Assembly (NCBI GenBank): GCA_043812875.1
Contig: JBDRLS010000103.1
Coordinates: 1-32,825 of the forward strand
Reading direction: 5' to 3'
From: Nanobdellota archaeon
GTDB lineage: Archaea; Nanobdellota; Nanobdellia; Woesearchaeales; JAHIVG01
DNA: 32,825 nt
Below, one piece after another: positions 26,527 through 32,825 of the stretch. The position numbers and the translations under genes are program-made. Positions within the stretch are counted from its first letter, which is position 1. The number at the start of each line of letters is the position of its first letter. Under the pieces are notes generated by a model. It had not been told where the DNA came from. It worked only from the letters and a program-made list of their open reading frames with translations, and searched no databases.

Positions 26527-27285
26527 ATGGATCTCAAGCTTAATGGAAAGGTGGCATTCATCGCAGGTGCGAGCCAGGGCATCGGCTTAGCCATCGCCGA
26601 AACACTGCAGAATGAAGGCGCCAGAGTCATCATCACAGGAAGAGATGAACAACGCCTCGCTGATGCAGAGAGACAACTAGGAAAGGACTGCGTCGCGATC
26701 CTTGGAGACCTTACTCAAGAAGATATCATTGCTCCGACGCTGGCAGAGGCTGTAAAGCGCTGCGGGCGTATCGACATCCTCATCGCCAATGTCGGAAGCG
26801 GCGTCATGCCTGTCAAGACAGCCTATACACCTGAAGAATGGCTTGAATGCTTCCAGAAGAACTTTCTTGGGAGCATGCTTCTCACCGGAGAATTCATCCC
26901 TTATCTTGAGAAGACCAAAGGATCGATCATCTTCATCGCGTCCATCGCAGGCATTGAAGGGATAAAAGCCCCAATGCCCTACGCAGCGGCAAAGGCCTCG
27001 CTCCTCAGCGCCATGAAGAGCCTCGCCCATCAGCTCGGGAAGAAAGGGATACGGGTCAATGCCATCTCACCTGGAAACATCCTCTTTCCCGGAGGCCGTT
27101 GGGAAGAAAAGTTAAAAAAGGACAAGACCGCGATTGAAGAATATATTGCATGCGAGGTTCCCCTCAACAGGTTCGGGACAGCGCAAGAGATTGCCGATGT
27201 TGCTGCATTCCTTGCGTCATCGAAGGCAGCATTCATCACCGGCGCAAATATCGTGGTCGACGGAGGACAGACACGCTCATGGTAA
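26527..27285 (+). CDS. Short-chain dehydrogenase/reductase (classical SDR)
   Basis: GASQGIG, YAAAK, RVNAISPGNI and ITGANIVVDGGQ; start moved from 26455 to ATG 26527. Confidence 0.9.
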   Translation: MDLKLNGKVAFIAGASQGIGLAIAETLQNEGARVIITGRDEQRLADAERQLGKDCVAILGDLTQEDIIAPTLAEAVKRCGRIDILIANVGSGVMPVKTAYTPEEWLECFQKNFLGSMLLTGEFIPYLEKTKGSIIFIASIAGIEGIKAPMPYAAAKASLLSAMKSLAHQLGKKGIRVNAISPGNILFPGGRWEEKLKKDKTAIEEYIACEVPLNRFGTAQEIADVAAFLASSKAAFITGANIVVDGGQTRSW

Positions 27286-28112
27286 ACACATCAGTGGCTG
27301 GACGATTTAGGTTAGATGGGAAGGTCATCATCATCACAGGAGGAGCCGGGCTTCTCGGCAGGAAGCATGCTGAAGCAGTCGCAGAGATGGGTGCTATCCC
27401 GGTCATCTGGGATGTTGATGAAAAAGCAGCAAAGGACGCTGCTGATGGAATAAGGCATGCCTTCAAAGGAAAAGCGCTAGGCATGGGCTGCGACATCACC
27501 GACGAGAGATCAATCCTGAAGGCGTTTGCGCGTGTTCTTAAAACGTTCAAGAAGGTTGAAGTCCTCATCAACAATGCTGCTAATAACTATAAAGTAGAGG
27601 GGGGGAAGAAGCAATTCTCTAGACTTGAAAACTTTCCTCGGGAAGCATGGGATCAGGACATTGCCGTCGGGCTGACGGGAGCATTTCTTTGCAGCAGGGT
27701 CATCGGAGCGCATATGGCACAGCACGGTGGAGGAGTCATCCTCAACATTGCCTCTGATCTCGGGATCATCGCCCCTGATCAAAGAATTTACCGCGAAGAA
27801 GGAAAAGCTGAGGAAGAACAGCCGGTGAAGCCGGTAACCTATTCTGCGGTCAAGGCAGGGCTTCTCGGCCTTTCTAAGTATCTTGCTACATACTGGGCGG
27901 ATAAAGGCGTTCGCGTGAATGCAGTCTCATTCGGCGGAGTGTCCAATAATCAGGATGAAGCATTCGTAAAAAAACTCACTAATCTCATCCCATTGGGCAG
28001 GATGGCGGACAAGGATGAGTATAAGGCAGTGGTGGTGTTCTTGGTGTCCGATGCGTCGTCGTATATGACTGGATCCAATCTGGTCATCGACGGAGGGAGA
28101 ACCACATGGTAA
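27279..28112 (+). CDS. Short-chain dehydrogenase/reductase (PtmA-like, nonulosonate-cluster type)
   Basis: TGGAGLLG, INNAA, APDQRIY, YSAVK and YMTGSNLVIDGG; start moved to ATG 27279. Confidence 0.88.
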   Translation: MVNTSVAGRFRLDGKVIIITGGAGLLGRKHAEAVAEMGAIPVIWDVDEKAAKDAADGIRHAFKGKALGMGCDITDERSILKAFARVLKTFKKVEVLINNAANNYKVEGGKKQFSRLENFPREAWDQDIAVGLTGAFLCSRVIGAHMAQHGGGVILNIASDLGIIAPDQRIYREEGKAEEEQPVKPVTYSAVKAGLLGLSKYLATYWADKGVRVNAVSFGGVSNNQDEAFVKKLTNLIPLGRMADKDEYKAVVVFLVSDASSYMTGSNLVIDGGRTTW

Positions 28113-28582
28113 ATCCTGACTTTTGTAAGATAAAGCTGTTGGTCTGTGATTTTGACGGAGTCATGACTGATAACAAAGTGATCTTCAGAGAAGACGGCAT
28201 GGAATCAGTGGTCTGCAACAGAGGAGATGGGCTCGGTATAGAGATGCTCGAGAAAAAAGGGATTCCCACCTTGATCATCTCGAAGGAGCGCAACAAAGTG
28301 GTGATGGCGCGCGCAAAGAAGATCAGAGCTGAAGTCTTACAAGGAGTCGATGATAAGATATCCTTGTTCAAGGAAGAGATAAAGCGTAGAGGCCTCGACA
28401 AAAAAGAGGTCTGCTTCATCGGCAACGACATCACAGATATCGACTGCATGAAAGAAGCAGGCATCGGTGTTGCGGTTGCGGATTCATATCATGCAGCCCT
28501 CAGGGCAGCGGATCATGTCACCAACAGAAAGGGCGGCGAAGGAGCTGTGCGGGAAGTCTGCGATCTTATTCTTGGAAATTGA
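28106..28582 (+). CDS. KdsC/YrbI-family HAD phosphatase (ulosonate-phosphate phosphatase)
   Basis: DFDGVMTD, DGLGI, GNDITD and GGEGAVREVCD. Confidence 0.88.
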   Translation: MVNPDFCKIKLLVCDFDGVMTDNKVIFREDGMESVVCNRGDGLGIEMLEKKGIPTLIISKERNKVVMARAKKIRAEVLQGVDDKISLFKEEIKRRGLDKKEVCFIGNDITDIDCMKEAGIGVAVADSYHAALRAADHVTNRKGGEGAVREVCDLILGN

Positions 28583-29267
28583 CCATGCCTTCCTTGAGGA
28601 CACATTCTGCAAGCATCCAGTCCAGGGGATCATTGATGTCCAAGTCATGAGGCCGCTCCAAGAGGAGACCGACATTGTCTTCTGCCTGCATCTTCCCGGT
28701 CTTCAGCAGGACCTCTGGCTTGAATATGTATGCAGCTGAGTTCTCGACATAGCGCGGGGCAAGCTTGTCCATTGCGATAGGAAGGCTTTGCGGGTCATAG
28801 GAGAAATGGTCATCGAAAAGGGTTCCTGTCCTCAGCTTCCGCTTGCTGATCGTCTGGCCGCTCCCTGCCTTGCGCCTCTTCACGAGCGCAACCAATGCGT
28901 CGATATGTAAGGCAGCACGGAACGGGGTGGTCGGTGGAAGCAGGATGACAAAGTCTGGGTTGATGCCTTGTTTCTTCAGCACCTTTATTGCATCGATCAA
29001 GACATCTTCTGTCGTAGTATTATCCTTTGCGAGGGAAAGCGGCCTGTCCAGGATGGTCAAAGGCTTCGATGCGTGCCGGGAGAAGGCCTCCACCTGTTCC
29101 TTGATGGCCCTGTCTTCGGTGGAGACAAAGAGCTGGTCAACGGAATGACTCGAGTCTGCTGCCTTGAGGGTGTAATGGATCAGGGGGATGCCCTGCAGGG
29201 GCTTGATATTCTTCCCAGGAATCCTCTTGCTCCCTCCACGGGCAGGGATGATGGCGATGATTTCCAT
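28566..29267 (-). CDS. neuA: Acylneuraminate cytidylyltransferase (CMP-ulosonate synthetase)
   Basis: IIPARGGSKRIPGKN, VSTED, PTTPFR, YVENSA and DINDPLD; ATG 29267 lies 22 nt from TATA 29290-29297. Confidence 0.9.
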   Translation of the reverse strand: MEIIAIIPARGGSKRIPGKNIKPLQGIPLIHYTLKAADSSHSVDQLFVSTEDRAIKEQVEAFSRHASKPLTILDRPLSLAKDNTTTEDVLIDAIKVLKKQGINPDFVILLPPTTPFRAALHIDALVALVKRRKAGSGQTISKRKLRTGTLFDDHFSYDPQSLPIAMDKLAPRYVENSAAYIFKPEVLLKTGKMQAEDNVGLLLERPHDLDINDPLDWMLAECVLKEGMVNFQE

Positions 29268-29322
29268 GGTGAGAAGGAACAATACTGGATTTATAAATGT
29301 TGGGGAATACACGACTTCGACT

Positions 29323-30801
29323 TCATGAAGCATGAATACGCATAAGACTTTTCAAGAACCCTTTGAGCATCTCCAGCTCGTTCTTGTCAAATACCTTGAG
29401 GAAGAAGAGGAGAAGGATATAGATGATGCCGGCGACAATGAGCGCCCCGATCTTCAATGACGCAGATGAGGTATTGATGAAGAGGAAGAGAATGCTGATG
29501 ATGACTGATGCGGCAAGGATGCGCTCGAGCTTCAAGAAACGCCAATGCCAAGCAAAGAATCCCCGGCAGAAATACCATGCCGCGCCATAGATGGCGAGAT
29601 AGCTCAGCAAGGTTGAAATTGCCGCACCGACCATGGCAAATGGTGGGATGAGGATGAGGTTCAAGATGATATTGAGGATGGCTCCCCCGGCAAAAATCAG
29701 GCCCATGAGCTTGGTCCTATTGCGCAATAAGAGCTGCTGGCGGAAGAGATAGATGAGGACAAAGATGACCGGAAACCACACGAGATAGGGGAGGACCGCC
29801 GCAGCAGGGGCATACCGCACTCCAGAGATCATGGTGATGATCTGTTCCCCGAAGGAAAGGAGGATGAAGGTGCCGGGCAAGACGATCACCATGGCGTACT
29901 TGAGGGCGCTGTTGAAAAGGAAATTGGCGTCCTTCTTCTGGTTCCAACGCTCAGCGATATGAGGGTAGAGCACATTGGTCACCGCGTTTCCGACGGTGTT
30001 CACTATCATCACCAATGCGTATGCGAGCGCGAAGAGCGCGACGGTCTCGGCGCCGTGCCATGCGTTGAGGAAGAACCGGTTGACGAGGATGACGCTCCAT
30101 TCGCCGACGATGGCGGGAAGGAGGGGCAGGGAAAAGAGATAGCCGTTCTTCGCATCATTGAAGCTGAGGGAGGAGAACCTGAATTCGTTCCTCATCCTGA
30201 GATAAACAACGCCGAGGACAGCTGCTGTGAGGAAGCCGAAAAGCCAGATGACCATGAGTGAGATGACAGTCAGAGAATTGAAGAGGATGTAGATGAAAGT
30301 CAGCATGACCGCGAGAACCATGTTCGGAAGGATATCAGTTAGGGCCTTGAACTCGAGACGCTTGTTCGCAATGAGGAAGGAGTTGCATACCCGGAAGATG
30401 ATGCTGCCTGCAGCGACGAACAAAGCAAAGGAAAACTCGGTCTCATAACCTTGTATCTTGATCACACTGATGAGGAAATTGAACAGTGATGGAGTGAAGG
30501 AAAAGACGAGGAGCACGAGGACGAATATGAGATGGAGATAGAGGATGGATGCCTGGATGCGCCACTTCGTCTTCTGTTTCATGCCCGGCAGCTTGGTGAT
30601 GAGGTATTGGGAGATCCCGAGATCGAAGATGACACCGGATAGTGTGACGACGCTCGCCAACAGGGTGTAGACGCCATACTCTGTCAGTGAGAGGGTGCGG
30701 GTCATGAGGAAGATCAAGAAAGGGCCGAGGATGAGAGAGATGCCAAGCGAGAGATAAGATAATCCCAGCTGTCTGGGCAAAGTGAGATGGTCTGCGGGCA
30801 T
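29323..30801 (-). CDS. Wzx/MurJ-superfamily oligosaccharide flippase
   Basis: About 14 TM; TRTL...EYG.Y, DLGI and NIILNLILIP.F.MVGAAISTL; TATA 30824-30831. Confidence 0.88.
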   Translation of the reverse strand: MPADHLTLPRQLGLSYLSLGISLILGPFLIFLMTRTLSLTEYGVYTLLASVVTLSGVIFDLGISQYLITKLPGMKQKTKWRIQASILYLHLIFVLVLLVFSFTPSLFNFLISVIKIQGYETEFSFALFVAAGSIIFRVCNSFLIANKRLEFKALTDILPNMVLAVMLTFIYILFNSLTVISLMVIWLFGFLTAAVLGVVYLRMRNEFRFSSLSFNDAKNGYLFSLPLLPAIVGEWSVILVNRFFLNAWHGAETVALFALAYALVMIVNTVGNAVTNVLYPHIAERWNQKKDANFLFNSALKYAMVIVLPGTFILLSFGEQIITMISGVRYAPAAAVLPYLVWFPVIFVLIYLFRQQLLLRNRTKLMGLIFAGGAILNIILNLILIPPFAMVGAAISTLLSYLAIYGAAWYFCRGFFAWHWRFLKLERILAASVIISILFLFINTSSASLKIGALIVAGIIYILLLFFLKVFDKNELEMLKGFLKSLMRIHAS

Positions 30802-30880
30802 TGGAGGATTGCATGTGTTCGAATTTATAAGGGTTTAGGTTCGGGAAAGCTTTATATATGGCGATTTCTAATAAGGGTCC

Positions 30881-31162
30881 ATGCTTAAAAAAAGAGGACA
30901 AGGCCTGCCTATGAACACCATCGTCGTTGCAGCACTTGTGCTGATCGTCCTCGTGGTGCTGCTTCTCGCTTTCACTGGAAGAATCGATCTCTTCAAGAAG
31001 AGCGTGAACAGCTGCGGGATATTGGCAGGGGGGTCTTGCAAGACCCCTGTTTCGCAAGATAAACCCTGCGAAGAAGGATGGGGTGCAGTGCCAGATGTTG
31101 GAGAATGCGGAGCGGACAAGGTGTGCTGCATCCCGCTGAAGGTGGAACTTGGGAACGGCTGA
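30881..31162 (+). CDS. Class III signal peptide (pilin-like) protein with a six-cysteine C-terminal domain
   Basis: MLKKRG|QGLPMNTIVVAALVLIVLVVLL; TATA 30851-30858. Confidence 0.8.
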   Translation: MLKKRGQGLPMNTIVVAALVLIVLVVLLLAFTGRIDLFKKSVNSCGILAGGSCKTPVSQDKPCEEGWGAVPDVGECGADKVCCIPLKVELGNG

Positions 31163-31295
31163 TGGCAAAAAAGGCGGAATGACCGCCTACCAGCTCCTTA
31201 TGTGGGCAATATTCCTGCTCACCATATTTTTCATGCTAAGTGTCACCAATGTCATCAATTTCAGTATTGATAAAGGACTGAATTATACACAATGA
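31149..31295 (+). CDS. Small class III signal peptide protein (48 aa), absent from the ORF track
   Basis: TTG 31149 after AGGTG gives MGTADGKKG|GMTAYQLLMWAIFLLTIFFMLSVTNVINFSIDKGLNYTQ; its stop overlaps the next ATG (ATGA); start uncertain. Confidence 0.6.
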   Translation: MGTADGKKGGMTAYQLLMWAIFLLTIFFMLSVTNVINFSIDKGLNYTQ

Positions 31296-32227
31296 AAAGA
31301 GGCGTCACTGAAACTGTGCCCATGCTGGTCATACTGCTTGTTGTTGTAGCCTTGCTCATGCTTTTTACCGGGGAATTGACAAAATTGCTGTCAAAGGCAG
31401 GCATTGGCCAGGAGCGGAGCATCGCGCCGTTCGTCAGTGCCTATCTCCGCGATCCTATTACTCAGATCGAGGTGTTGAAGTTAGAGTTCCCGATCCGCGA
31501 TGTCCTCATTGACAAGGATGCGATGAAGAACATAAGGGAACGCCAGCTCATTGAAGCGGTGAAGCTCGACTATTTCCCTCTCACTGTCCACGAAAGCGAC
31601 GAATACATAAGCATTAAGAAGACGATCGCCAAACTCCAGGATGAAAAGGATCAGAAGCAGATTGTCGAGTGGAAAGCGAACCAGATGATCGCGGATGAGC
31701 TTGAAGACTGCTGGCATGACATGGGAGAAGGGAAACTGCTGCTGTTCAGCAAATGGTGGGAACGGGTCGGCGGCGGTTTGAAGGAAAGCGAGTTGGATGA
31801 CGAATGGGAACAGTACCTCAATGAGAATCATCTGCCGCAAATGCCTCCTATCTTCTGTGTCATCTGCGCGCGCATCGAGTTTGACAAGGAGTTGCAGGGG
31901 ATCCTCGATCCGGTGGTTTCTAAAAGGTTCATGGATTATTTAAGGAGGTATCCGACTAGGGGAGATGATGAGATGAGCATCCTGAATTACCTTCGGGACC
32001 CCCTTGTGTCAAATCTGTATACAAAAGAATATTCCTACAGCACCACAGAGCCGTATGCGATCGTGTTCGCCAGGGTCAACACCCACAGATTGTATGATTA
32101 TGCGGAATTCATAGGGAACAGGCTTCAGATAACCAGAAAGGAGGGGAATGATGAAGATTTCAGCACATTGGTCATGGCATCCATGGAAGACCTTGACCTC
32201 TATTGCACGACACTTGCGAACTCGTAA
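31292..32227 (+). CDS. Class III signal peptide membrane-anchored protein, function unknown
   Basis: MKRG|VTE followed by a hydrophobic helix; CW..MGEG and CVIC motifs. Confidence 0.75.
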   Translation: MKRGVTETVPMLVILLVVVALLMLFTGELTKLLSKAGIGQERSIAPFVSAYLRDPITQIEVLKLEFPIRDVLIDKDAMKNIRERQLIEAVKLDYFPLTVHESDEYISIKKTIAKLQDEKDQKQIVEWKANQMIADELEDCWHDMGEGKLLLFSKWWERVGGGLKESELDDEWEQYLNENHLPQMPPIFCVICARIEFDKELQGILDPVVSKRFMDYLRRYPTRGDDEMSILNYLRDPLVSNLYTKEYSYSTTEPYAIVFARVNTHRLYDYAEFIGNRLQITRKEGNDEDFSTLVMASMEDLDLYCTTLANS

Positions 32228-32363
32228 AGGGGACGCTGGAGGATGGCAGATCATTGTCTTCCTCATCTTGGGGCTCATGGCGGTGATCATCGCCGTGGCC
32301 TTCGCCTTGAATGCAAAAAATGAGGGGTTTGATATCATTGACAGGATCTCGCGGCTCTTCTAG
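32214..32363 (+). CDS. Small class III signal peptide protein (about 49 aa)
   Basis: MRTRKG|DAGGWQIIVFLILGLMAVIIAVAF; TTG 32214 preferred over ATG 32148 to minimise overlap. Confidence 0.65.
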   Translation: MRTRKGDAGGWQIIVFLILGLMAVIIAVAFALNAKNEGFDIIDRISRLF

Positions 32364-32825
32364 GGGATTCATGGCCGCACCTATCCTTGCGGTCTTGCTC
32401 TTAGCCATCGTGCTCTTGTCAGTGTTCCAGAACCAGGACATGAAATCATCGCTCAAGGATTTCTTGAAAGAGAGCAAGGATATGTTTAAAACGCCAGAAG
32501 AACCTCTGCCCGAGGATGAGTTCACAACAGAAGAACAAAAAGTCATCGACTCAGTGAATGGGCTGGTCTATACTATTAATAGTCTCGCACAGGATAATAT
32601 TGTGACTGAATTCTCTAGCGAGACATTTGATCCGGACACAATAGGATTTGATTCGTATGAGATCATCATGCATGCTGATGTGAAACGTCCAGGTACATTC
32701 TTGGATACATGCGATGGATATAGTCATACGAAAAAAGGACTTGAGTTTAACTCGAAAAAAATCAGGGTGCCTAACATTCCTGTGGTCGACAACTGGATAT
32801 GGGCAGATATACAAAAGCCTTGTGA
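32338..32825 (+). CDS. Partial membrane-anchored protein with probable class III signal peptide; runs off the window end
   Basis: Open frame ..SSRG|FMAAPILAVLLLAIVLLSVFQNQDMKSSLKDF.. with no stop before 32825; possible starts at 32311, 32320, 32338 (TTG) and 32371. Confidence 0.7.
   Translation, partial: MTGSRGSSRGFMAAPILAVLLLAIVLLSVFQNQDMKSSLKDFLKESKDMFKTPEEPLPEDEFTTEEQKVIDSVNGLVYTINSLAQDNIVTEFSSETFDPDTIGFDSYEIIMHADVKRPGTFLDTCDGYSHTKKGLEFNSKKIRVPNIPVVDNWIWADIQKPC

Noticed and set aside
4108-32735. Exact 15-mer TAGTCATACGAAAAA at 4108-4122 and 32721-32735
   Set aside because: Roughly one such match is expected by chance in 33 kb, and the second copy is inside a CDS far from any promoter
1-32825. 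The many antisense and alternate-frame ORFs in the track (e.g. 4158-4907, 7092-7991, 9335-10087, 12923-13717, 30443-31168)
   Set aside because: They lie almost entirely over well-supported genes and lack motifs and promoters; they are shadow ORFs
1-32825. CRISPR arrays, tRNA/rRNA genes, integrases or transposases
   Set aside because: No spaced repeats, cloverleaf signatures or recombinase motifs were seen, and intergenic gaps are short and explained by promoters; a covariance-model search was not possible

Overview
This is a densely packed archaeal surface-glycan locus, most likely from a DPANN/Woesearchaeota-type genome. That assignment is an inference from TATA boxes at an almost invariant 22-nt gap before ATGs, GGTGAT Shine-Dalgarno sites and class III signal peptides. 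The locus encodes an ADP-heptose pathway (gmhA-hldE-gmhB) with two GT9 heptosyltransferase-like genes, gmd plus an rmd-like reductase, and GT2, GT4 and GT-C glycosyltransferases. It also has an atypical ulosonic-acid module: NeuB, a TIM-barrel isomerase, two SDRs, a KdsC-like phosphatase, NeuA, a flippase and a candidate transferase. Other genes are a B12-binding radical SAM enzyme, a VIT1/CCC1 transporter, an S8 protease with a beta-propeller, an AT-rich orphan nucleotidyltransferase and the start of a pilin-like operon. The most striking observation is that each of the two multi-gene higher-carbon-sugar operons is linked to a ribbon-helix-helix (RHH) domain fused to a sugar enzyme fold. One is a catalytically degenerate NTP-transferase divergent from gmhA; the other is an intact NeuB. 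Each has a perfect palindrome just downstream of its TATA box, which suggests metabolite-sensing repressor/operator pairs. I saw no RNA genes, CRISPR arrays or transposases. All product calls come from motif recognition, not database searches.
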